Assembly: GCF_964204645.1 (NCBI RefSeq)
Contig: NW_027437432.1
Coordinates: forward strand, 62,001-126,000
Source: Tubulanus polymorphus
Lineage: Eukaryota; Animalia; Nemertea
Length of the DNA: 64,000 bases
Direction: 5' to 3'
Under the pieces are notes generated by a model that ran no database searches, was not told the origin of the DNA, and saw only the letters and a program-made list of their open reading frames with translations. The translations under genes were made by a program, and so were the position numbers. Shown in pieces: positions 1-11,057 of the stretch (positions are counted from its first letter, which is position 1; each line of letters begins with the position of its first letter).

Positions 1-97
1 TCTACAAATTCTTTTTTTAGAATCGTTTTCTTTTTTCTATCAATTGAGGAATTTATTAAACAAAGCGTTGATGGTACATACAATTAGCCCGCCACAG

Positions 98-260
98 TAA
101 AAAATACCGAGAGTCGTATATTGACCGTCCAGTGCTGCCTCTATGTATAACGGTAGCGGGGAAAATGCGAACTAACATGATACTCGCGTGCCAGATTGTT
201 TGAGTGGCCGTATTGGGCAAACTATTTACCGATTTGCGGGCCGGATTCCGAGAAAAATCG
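98..260. mobile_element. MITE family A partial copy, in opposite orientation to the 23.0 and 38.1 kb copies
   Basis: Reverse-complement similarity to 23015-23145 and 38041-38172. Confidence 0.7.
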
Positions 261-2065
261 AACTCTTTTAAAACAGCACTGTCACTACTTAAATGACGGA
301 AAAGTTAGTTAAAAAAAATAGTCAATTTGTATCGGGGTGTCTTGTGCATGGTGGATAGATTCACAATGTTTTCTGACCATTACTTTCTCGAAAACGCACC
401 GCGCCCATCATGCGCCCAAACTGACTGTGGAGAGGACAAAAGGAGAGCTAGTATGATTTGTTCAAAGGCGCAATTAGAAAGAAAACAACAACAAATGATT
501 CTATTTTGATTGCACAATTTAATAAGAAAATTTAAATACCGGCGGTAAATTTGCATTAATTCACAGAAATTCCGCTGTCGTAATTCATTGGGGCAGCACT
601 GAACGGTTAAGATCTTATAGAGCCTTGCAATCTTACTGTGGCACGCGAGGAATTCAGATATTTTTCTAAGCCAAATTTCATCCATTACTCAACACTTCTT
701 TGTTAAGAATTAAAAATCATATCAACATTTACGCTTTTCTAAGGAAAATCTGCTTTCAAAATCAATTCTAAAGCCACTTTTGATATAACTCTTTTGCTCA
801 GCGGATATTAGCATTCGGTAAAGCGGCAGCGTAGAGTGATAACTCACATGCCACACGAAGAATTTAATTCAAATTACATTTTATTTTCAAAGAATTTCAG
901 ACCATTTAAATAAATCGATATTAAACTAACAGATTATTTTGCACTTTCCTCAGATCGCGCGGGACCAGTTAATTTCATTCGTCAATCATGCACTTAAGAC
1001 ATGTTATATTGCCCTGAAGTGACGTGTGCTTGGGCTACGGTGACAAATTGAGATAAACTAAAACTTTTTGTGTTCAAATCAGGGGGGGGGGGGGGGGGTC
1101 GGGGAAGAAATATTTGTTCTTCAAAAATAACACTTAGTAGAGTAGACTTCAATCTGTGAATGATTGAAGTTTTTACAGCCAATCAAACATACTAGTGATC
1201 AACTACGGCATGGCTGGTTATTTGACTGAGTCTCCAGTACTGACGTGTTGTAGACAAACTAAGATGTCACATGCGACACGGTATTAAGAATGAACTACAT
1301 GTAAAGTGAGTTGCGAGATGATCAGCCGTCAGAGACGATGGACACAAGAGATGAGGAAACTGCACCTTCAGTCCGGATACAATAGGAAGGAGTCAAATAA
1401 ACAAACAACAAACTAGAAATATTTCACATAAATCAATGATTTATTTTCACACAAAACCAAGCATAAAAATAGCCCAGGTTTGATTAAATCCCGACCCCGA
1501 TAACCTGGTGTCTTTATCAATCCCAACCCCTGAAATCATATAATATATACACAATAAAATCCTCACATAATTTATTAGTTGATGTTAAATGAAACTTGGT
1601 TAAAGGAAGACACAATTCACGATGAATTCATAAAGATGCATAGTTTTTAATCAATCTATGTTTAATGAATGATCTGTAAATTTACTGATTTTCAAAAACT
1701 ATCAGTCCTTTCCGTAACCCCCCCTTCATAGTAAGGATACCATGTGACACATTGTCCTATAGTAGAACCCAGGACCAAAGCTAGTTAACTGATTCCCCTG
1801 AACCCTGATCGGATTCATGTGAAGCAGGTTATTTCACGAGCAAAGTACAATAATTGTTTACATCTCGGGCCAAACGGCTTAAATTCAAACAGATCCAAAT
1901 GGATTTGAAGCCGGCGCTTCAAAAAAAAAAAAAAAAAAAACAATTTCTGACTATTCAGTTATAATAACGGTTTCTCATAGTAACCTTGGAGATAACTGTC
2001 ATATTTTTGAATATATTGAATGATGATAGCACATTTTGATTATTTTGCCTGTTACCACAATAACA

Positions 2066-2706
2066 CAGACTGGTACCGGTACCAGAATCAGTGACATAGA
2101 CCGGTACCAGTGTAGACTGGTACCGGTACCAGAATCAGTGACATAGACCGGTACCAGTGTAGACTGGTACCAGTGTAGACCGGTACCAGTGTAGACTGGT
2201 ACCGGTACCAGAATCAGTGACATAGACCGGTACCAGTGTAGACTGGTACCGGTATCAGAATCAGTGACATAGACCGGTACCAGTGTAGACTGGTACCGGT
2301 ACAAGAATCAGTGACATAGACCGGTACCAGTGTAGACTGGTACCGGTACAAGAATCAGTGACATAGACCGGTACAGTCTACACTGGTACCGGGTGTAGAC
2401 ATGGACCAGTGTAGACATGGACCAGTGTAGTCCAGGACCAGTGTAGACATGGACCAGTGTAGACATGGACCAGTGTAGACATGGACCAGTGTAGTCCAGG
2501 ACCAGTGTAGACATGGACCAGTGTAGACATGGACCAGTGTAGACATGGACCAGTGTAGTCCAGGACCAGTGTAGACATGGACCAGTGTAGACATGGACCA
2601 GTGTAGTCCAGGACCAGTGTAGACATGGACCAGTGTAGACATGGACCAGTGTAGTCCAGGACCAGTGTAGACATGGACCAGTGTAGACATGGACCAGTGT
2701 AGACCG
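2066..2706. repeat. Composite minisatellite: GGTACC-rich units followed by 16-bp GGACCAGTGTAGACAT units
   Basis: Tandem units visible directly. Confidence 0.95.
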
Positions 2707-2994
2707 GTTGTGGACTGATTGAATCACGTACAACAAGCAAACATTCAGTAACGCAAGAATCAATGAAATCTAACACCAGTCGGTAACTGATAAACAGGTA
2801 ATTAATCTGGTGGTTAACTTGGCAACTGACCCCCGCAGCCCGGAACCTGCCGTTAGGAGGCTGGTTATAGGCTGTCCGACACTGGGCAGGATGACTTTAC
2901 ATAAAAATTCTAACTCAATTAAAACTGACAGTCGAATTACCCTTAACAGTGGACTGACAAAAACATGACACAATTACTGGTGATTGAAAGTGAA

Positions 2995-3163
2995 TTAAAA
3001 CAAGCCCTGCTGTTAGCAGGATTGTTATAAAACAAGCCCTGCTGCTAGCAGGATTGTTATAAAACAAGCCCTGCTGTTAGCAGGATTGTTATAAAACAAG
3101 CCCTGCTGTTAGCAGGATTGTTATAAAACAAGCCCTGCTGTTAGAAGGATTGTTATAAAACAA
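2995..3163. repeat. 32-bp minisatellite, ~5 copies
   Basis: Unit AAAACAAGCCCTGCTGTTAGCAGGATTGTTAT. Confidence 0.95.
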
Positions 3164-3622
3164 GGACGGATGATACTTTAACCTTGTTTTTTATTATCAT
3201 ATCAAATCACTGTCTTAAACCAGTCATTGATATAAGTGGATACAGGTCATGTTGATATAAGTGAGTTTCGACTGCCACAATGTTCTCAAGTTCTGTCATT
3301 ATTCAATTTGAGTTGATTCCAATGAAGAGAAAGTTATAATAATTCTCATTTTATTTATTTCAATAAATGACAATAAAACCTGAGCATCTGATCGAATCCC
3401 AGAGAGACCTCACACCTCCCGAGGTGCATCTGAGGGAGACCTCACACCTCACTCGAGATGCCTCTGAAATGCACCTCCCTGTAATAGACAAGGCAACAAT
3501 TGACTCTGTTTCAAGTGATGTATTGTAAATATAAAACTCGTTGCCCTGAGTTTCAGTTACTGTTTGTTTTATACCCTGAACGAAGCAAAAAATCCGATCA
3601 AAGCAGTAAACAAGTGTATTTA

Positions 3623-4095
3623 GTGGAATCACACGTGTGGAACGTGTGGATCCTCGTGGAGGAGGAATCGCACGTGTGGATCCTCGTGGAGGAGGAATCA
3701 CACAGGTGGAACCTCGACGAGGAGGAATCGCACGTGTGGAACCTCGTGGAGGAGGAATTGCACGTGTGGAACCTCGTGGAGGAGGAATCGCACGTGTGGA
3801 TCCCTGTGGAGGAATCGCACGTGTGGAACCTCGTGGAGGAGGAATCACACAGGTGGAACCTCGACTAGGAGGAATCGCACGTGGAACCTCGTGGAGGAGG
3901 AATCACACGTGTGGAACCTCGTGGAGGAATCGCACGTGTGGAACCTCGTGGAGGAGGAATCGCACGTGTGGAACCTCGTGGAGGAGGAATCGCACGTGTG
4001 GAACCTCGTGGAGGAGGAATCGCACGTGTGGAACCTCGTGGAGGAGGAATCGCACGTGTGGAACCTCCTGGAGGAGGAATCACACTGGTGGAATG
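3623..4095. repeat. 30-bp minisatellite, probably in the IFRD1 3' UTR
   Basis: Unit GTGGAACCTCGTGGAGGAGGAATCGCACGT. Confidence 0.95.
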
Positions 4096-4234
4096 TGATT
4101 CCACTATTAAAACTGATCTTTTTATATCATCCACACTTTCTTCAACCATTATTTTCTTAAAACAATATATTTTGATAATATATAATATATATATATAATT
4201 TCTAATCTATTTTGAGGCCTAGAATCCAGTGATA

Positions 4235-7200
4235 TCAATAAGCCGCGTGAACAAATCTTTTATCTCGAACTTTAGCTCTGGCCTTCGTACGAGCTTTAAA
4301 CGCTGCTGCATTAAACATGTGCTGAAATCATAAAAATATCATCGATATTCTCACATTGAACAGAACAGAATCTCAACAGATCCTTCATTCCTCGATATAA
4401 TCAGTGTAAGGAGAACATTTCATATTTCAAGCAAGAGTCTGCATCACTTTCAAATCTGAATTACTGTAAACTCCTATAATCGGTACTATTTATCTCGGTA
4501 AACCTGTAATTTGGTTATACATCGACTCAACAATACTAGTTTCCAAATTAGTAATGGCTTATTTATCAAAATTGAGAGCGTTTTAAAGGAGTTTTGGGCA
4601 TTTTGCTCAAAGTAGTCTCATGCACCTTCAATTTAGAAGGAGTTTTTAAGGAATCTAGAAGTTATTATTAGGAACCATGTAGTATTTCCTACTTACCCGA
4701 TCTACTTTACTAGCTTTGGTTAATTTAGCAGCGGCTAAAGGTACGGGTGACCCCAGACCAAATATATCACGTATCAATTCATTCTCCTGAAACATACATA
4801 ACTTGAATTTAATTCTCTCTTATCCAGATACCGGTAGAGACTACATGAATTTTCAAATACAGACTTGGATTCATGAATATCCAAATTAATATGATAAGAG
4901 AGGGTCGGGAGAGAGGATGAGAGAGGAGAGGGGGAGGAGAGGAGGGGGGTGAGGAGAGAGAGAGGGAGGGGAGTGAGAGAGAGGGGAGAGGTAGTGGGGC
5001 TGCTGATATTTAGCCTACCTGAAGATGATTATTCATTCCAGTTCCCATCACGTGACATAATGCGTCATATTGTCGTTTATGAACCCAAGTTTCAATATAC
5101 AAAACTTCATGAGCAAATTTAATGCTTAATTCTGGTGCTTCACCTTCCTGCATAAAACACACAACAGCATTATCTATCAATGTGTACATGTCTACATATC
5201 TCTACAGGTTGTAGAATACTAGTCTACATATCTCTACAGGTTGTAGAATACTAGTCTACATATCTCTACAGGTTGTAGAATACTAGTCTACATATCTCTA
5301 CAGGTTGTAGAATACTAGTCTACATATCACTACAGCTTGTAGAATACTAGTCTACATATCTCTACAGCTTGTAGAATACTAGTCTTCATATCTCTACAGG
5401 TTGTAGAATACTAGTCTACATATCTCTACAGGTTGTAGAATACTAGTCTACATATCTCTAAAGGTTGTAGAATACTAGTCTTCATATCTCTACAGGTTGT
5501 AGAATACTAGTCTACATATCTCTACAGGTTGTAGAATACTAGTCTACATATCTCTACAGGTTGTAGAATACTAGTCTACATATCTCTACAGCTTGTAGAA
5601 TACTAGTCAACATATCTCTACAGCTTGTAGAATACTAGTCTTCATATCTCTACAGGTTGTAGAATACTAGTCTTCATATCTCTACAGGTTGTAGAATACT
5701 AGTCTTCATATCTCTACAGCTTGTAGAATACTAGTCTACATATCTCTACAGGTTGTAGAATACTAGTCTTCATATCTCTACAGGTTGTAGAATACTAGTC
5801 TTCATATCTCTACAGGTTGTAGAATACTAGTCTACATATCTCTACAGGTTGTAGAATACTAGTCTACATATCTCTACAGGTTGTAGAATACTAGTCTACA
5901 TATCACTACAGCTTGTAGAATACTAGTCTACATATCTCTACAGCTTGTAGAATACTAATGTCTATTTATTAATTGATGAGACCTGTTTTTCTGGGATATT
6001 TTGCTTACTTTTTGGGGTACATACCTCATTTATGTCTTAACAGAATGCCAAAAATCGCGGACAACAACTGAATATCCGATATTATTCCAGTTCTGTACCG
6101 ATTAGATGGATTGGCAAAAAGACTCCTTAAGTCCAGTTGAATGAGAGAAAATCCTCCATTTTGTGAAATTTCTTGGATTTGAACATTGTTACCATGCCTA
6201 CGCCACCCTGATTTAGTTGTTGAGACCCCACAAGAAAAATAACTTCATTTTGTAGGCATGGTGACAATGTAAAAATTCAAGAAATTTCACAAAATGGAGG
6301 ATTTTCTCTCTCATTCAACTGGACTTAAGGAGTCTTTTTGCCAATCCATCTAATTGGTACAGAACTGGAAATATATCGGATATTCAGTTGTTGTCCGCGA
6401 CTTTTGGCATTCTGTTAAGACATAAATGAGGTATGTACCCCAAAAAGTAAGCAAAATATCCCAGAAAAACAGGTCTCATCCATTTATAAATAGACATTAG
6501 TCTACATATCTCTACAGGTTGTAGAATACTAGTCTACATATCTCTACAGGTTGTAGAATACTAGTCTACATATCTCTACAGGTTGTAGAATACTAGTTTA
6601 CATATCTCTACAGCTTGTAGAATACTAGTCTACATATCTCTACAGCTTGTAGAATACTAGTCTACATATCACTACAGCTTGTAGAATACTAGTCTACATA
6701 TCTCTACAGCTTGTAGAATACTAGTCTACATATCACTACAGGTTGTAGACTACTAGTTTACATATCACTACAGCACGTAGAATACTAGTGTATTTACCTA
6801 TACAGCTTGTAGAATACTAGTTAACTTACCTCTACAGCACGTAGAATATCCCGGAAACTCGACCTTTGCTGACGACGATCTTTTTTAGCTCTGTATTTAT
6901 TGCTGTCAGTCGCGAGAGTTTTTAATCTTTGACACAAAAATTCTAAATCTTCACCTTCAAAATCCTGAACAAAATCCAAAATGGCAATTTCAATATCATC
7001 AAAAATTTGCAATCAGAAATTTCTAAAATGACCGAAAACTGGTGAATACCTCATCACTTTCTCTCGCTAATTCATATAACATAGCAACAGCTTCACCAGC
7101 AACAATACGTAAATCAACATCACCACTTTCCATTATACCGGGCAGTTTTAATAGATGTCTGAAATAAACAAATCTGGAATCAAACTTCACCCGCTAAACC

Positions 7201-10025
7201 TATCAAACTGAACGTGTCAAACTGAACGTGTCAAACTGAACGTGTCAAACTGAACCTGTCAAACTAAACCTGTCAAACTGAACCTGTCAAACTAAACCTG
7301 TCAAACTGAACCTGTCAAACTAAACCTGTCAAACTGAACCTGTCAAACTAAACCCGGCTGGTGACTTACGTTTCTATGATTTTAGCGACCATATTTGGAG
7401 AAGCGACTGATAGTAATAAACTCCACGCCGATAAAGCGCTACAGTGTAACGTAGCATCTTGAGGAGTAACTATCGCAGGTGATCCATCTCCTTTCAGATA
7501 GGAGGCTTTAAATATACCTTCAAATGATTCCATCATAGCTAAAACTGCCTACAATTATAACCACATATTATCAGTGAAAACCTGCACCTCACTTAAACTG
7601 ATGTTAGGTCGATAACATCGAAATATTTAAACTCTTACAACAATACAGTCGGTTAGCCCCGTTGTCACGGTACCGATGACTTACTTCTAAATCTCCGCTA
7701 GCGATGAAACACAACAATCCGGCAGCCTCGGCGCACTGTAACATATTCAAACATTCAAATTCAATAATACAGTCAGTTATTTTCTAGCTGATGATCGCTA
7801 TGACGACTGCAGTACCTTAGCTCTAGCTTTAATAGCCGCTGATTTGTCGACCATGATCGTAATGAGAACTGGTTTAATAGTTTTATAGAATTCCTCTCCT
7901 AACGCACCCAGTCCTAACTGTATGGATAACAGCATACAAGCATGAGCTGCCAGTGCCTGCTCTTCTCCTTTACCTTTCTTTAAACATTTCTCTAGACTAT
8001 CACCAACTGTTACACATCTACAATAATACACAGCATTCACTGAATAATACACATATATCCTCCCTCTCCCCTCCTCCCTAGTAGGTACTCCCTCTCCCCT
8101 CCTCCCTAGTAGGAACTCCCTCTCCCCTCCTCCCTAGTAGGTACTCCCTCTCCCCTCCTCCCTAGGTACTCCCTCACCCCGGGTTCTCTCCACTCCTCCC
8201 TCTCCCCTCCTCCCTAGTAGGTACTCCCTCTCCCCTCCTCCCTAGTAGGTACTCCCTCTCCCCTCCCTAGTAGGTACTCCCTCTCCCCTCCTCCCTAGTA
8301 GGTACTCCCTCTCCCCTCCCACCCAGGTACTCCCTCTCCCCTCCTCCCTAGTAGGTACTCCCTCTCCCCTCCTCCCTAGTAGGTACTCCCTCTCCCCTCC
8401 TCCCCAGGTACTCCCTCCCCTCCTCCCCAGGTACTCCCTCTCCCCTCCTGCCCAGGTACTCTCTCTGTGGTGCTTACCGGTCAGACAGGAAGTCAATGAG
8501 ATATTTCTTAGAGAAAGCAGTAATTAATCCTTTCAATGCGTTTTCACGACTTTTTGCACTGAAAATAAATAAATTCATTGAAAACATAAGATCCATAACT
8601 GTAGAAATAAGATCCACAACTGTAGAACTGGTTTCAGAAATTGTTCTAACCTTTTATCTGACAGTAAATCGATACAATCTTTAAGTTTCTCCTCAAATTC
8701 TTCTTGTGCACTGATTTCATCCACTTGTTCCGTAGAGTCTCCAAATATTCCACCAGAACCTGAAACAATTATCAATACTTACTAAGTGAACTGTGGAACA
8801 GGATCCAGAGTCTCAACTGTGGAACTGGATCCAGAGTCTCAACTGTGGAACTGGATCCAGAGTCTCAACTGTGGAACAGGATCCAGAGTCTCAACTGTGG
8901 AACAGGATCCAGAGTCTCAACTTTGGAACTGGATCCAGAGTCTCAACTGTGGAACAGGATCCAGAGTCTCAACTGTGGAACTGGATCCAGAGTCTCAACT
9001 GTGGAACAGGATCCAGAGTCTCAACTGTGGAACTGGATCCAGAGTCTCAACTGTGGAACTGGATCCAGAGTCTCAACTGTGGAACAGGATCCAGAGTCTC
9101 AACTGTGGAACTGGATCCAGAGTCTCAACTGTGGAACTGGATCCAGAGTCTCAACTGTGGAACTGGATCCAGAGTCTCAACTGTGGAACTCGATCCAGAG
9201 TGTCAACTGTAGAACTGGATCCAGAGTCTCCGCTGTGGAACAGGATCCAGAGTCTCAACTGTGGAACTGGATCCAGAGTCTCAACTGTGGAACTGGATCC
9301 AGAGTCTCAACTGTGGAACTAAGTTGTAATAAGTACCTTCTTCAGTAATGCTCCTGGTCTCTGATTGGCTGCTGATAACACTCATATTATCAGCAGTATC
9401 ATAATCTTCATCACTGGTCATATTCATACGATCAGCTACCGCTAATCCACCGACACCAACGCCACCTAGCACTGAAATACAACATCATACTTACTACAAT
9501 TAGTTATACAGCTATCCCCCTCCCTGCTCCGCTGTGAGGGGAGACACTATATGAGAGGTGTGAGGGGAGACACTAAATGAGGGATATGGGGAGACACTAA
9601 ATGAGGGGGTGTGGTGTGAGAGGAGGCACATGTTGTTTGGAAGAAACATCTGTTCCATTCACACACATAAATCACTAACACTTAACCCCAACAGTTCTAT
9701 CCCATCACTGCCTATCCCCCAGTTGTGAGGGGGTTTCGGCAACTCTCTCCGGGAAAGGAAGTTACTGCAACTCCCCCTGGCCGTAGGAACACTCACTACC
9801 TGTCCCCCTGCCTGGCCTGGTTGGTAGTAAGAGGGGATTTAACCCAGCCAGCGTCACAGTCAACAGAATTACACAGGACCCCTCCACTCTGCTCCGGAGA
9901 GTCAGACTCTCACTGTACCCGTACACATGATGATGTTTGTTATCGATTGATGATGATGAAACTGATGTCGATGAAAGAAACTCACGTTTCGCCTTCTTGT
10001 TTAATTTCTTTCCTTTATTAGGCAT
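4235..10025 (-). CDS. IFRD1: Interferon-related developmental regulator (IFRD1/2 family), 12 coding exons
   Basis: GT-AG exons read by hand, approx. 10025-9986, 9471-9337, 8759-8651, 8558-8478, 8017-7816, 7735-7685, 7548-7370, 7158-7050, 6964-6830, 5147-5019, 4786-4697, 4321-4235. Family motifs: MPNKGKK, CLKKGKGEEQ, DVDLRIVAGEAVAMLYELAR, LATDSNKYRAKKDRRQQRSSFRDILRAVE, HMFNAAAFKARTKARAKVRDKR then TGA. Confidence 0.95.
5190..6848. repeat. 32-bp minisatellite filling IFRD1 intron 9, interrupted by the foldback element
   Basis: Unit TCTACATATCTCTACAGGTTGTAGAATACTAG. Confidence 0.95.
5958..6497. mobile_element. 540-bp foldback element/MITE with ~245-bp terminal inverted repeats and TA target-site duplication
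   Basis: 5958-6201 is the near-perfect reverse complement of 6252-6497, with a 50-nt spacer. It is inserted into the minisatellite unit aatacTAgtct, leaving TA on both sides. Confidence 0.9.
7194..7355. repeat. 14-bp intronic minisatellite (IFRD1)
   Basis: Unit TGTCAAACTGAACC. Confidence 0.9.
8058..8465. repeat. ~28-bp C-rich intronic minisatellite (IFRD1)
   Basis: Unit GGTACTCCCTCTCCCCTCCTCCCTAGTA. Confidence 0.9.
8789..9320. repeat. 26-bp intronic minisatellite (IFRD1)
   Basis: Unit ACTGTGGAACTGGATCCAGAGTCTCA. Confidence 0.95.
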
Positions 10026-10063
10026 GATTGTTGATATTTATTGAGATTATCCTTATCGTGACG

Positions 10064-11014
10064 TCACTGAGATCAAGATGGAGTTAAATCGAATTTGTTT
10101 AAAGAGATAAATAAAAACAACGCGATATAAATATGTTTATTATCGTTTACTTGATGCATGATGAGAGACGGATCCACTTAATGGCGGTCCTCACTTGCCA
10201 CAGGTAAATTACGGTAGAATAAAGTTTAAATTGCATTGAATATTGCACCGTGCTTGCTGTGGCAGGCGACTAAATAAATTGGTTTGGTAATTCTTAAAAC
10301 AATTATCTTATCATTGAAATTAGAAAAATATGCTATTTCAATGAATAAACAGGATCTGAAACAAGAATAAATTGCATAAACTGTCGTGAATCGGAATAGT
10401 TTCAAATTCGGTGAAGGAGTTAAGATTTTCTCGGGCACTTCTGAGCTTTGCGATATGATTGAAGGTCGCTGTCTGCGAAAATCCGGTGAAGCAACCATCG
10501 TATCTCAGTCTCGCGAACCACGTGGAGCCACAAATTCAAATTAACTTAATTCGACTGAAATCACTGACGCGCTGAGATCAAGATATAATTAACTAAGTTA
10601 AATCGGATTTGTTTTAAGTGTACACTTGATGCATGATGAGAGATGGTTCCACCTAATGGCGGTCCTCACTTGCCACAGGTGAAAACTTTGAAATAAAGTT
10701 CAAATTGAATTGAATAGTGCACTGTGGCAGGTGACTAAATTTGTTTGGTAATTCTTTAAACTATTATCATTGAAATTAGAAAAATATGTATTTCATTGAA
10801 TAAACAAAGGATCTGAAACAAGAATAAATTGCGTACACTGTCATGAATATTGAATAGTTTCAAAATTCGGTGAAGAAGTTAAGATTTTCTCGGGCACTTC
10901 TAGGCTTTGCGATATGATTGAAGGTCGCTTTCTACCAAATTCCGGTGAAGCAACCATCGTAACTCAGTCTCGCGAACTACGTGGAGCCACAAATTCAAAT
11001 TAATTTTATTCGAC
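10064..11014. repeat. Diverged tandem duplication (~490 bp and ~445 bp) in the IFRD1/BRCC3 divergent promoter/leader
   Basis: CTGAGATCAAGAT...GCATGATGAGAGA...TCTCGCGAAC-ACGTGGAGCCACAAATTCAAATTAA occurs at ~10066-10555 and ~10572-11014. Confidence 0.9.
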
Positions 11015-11057
11015 TAGTGACTGGGTTCGAACCCGTTGTTTTTTAAATTACGATACA

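Noticed and set aside
327-685. Short ORFs at the window start
   Set aside because: No recognisable motifs or supporting exon structure.
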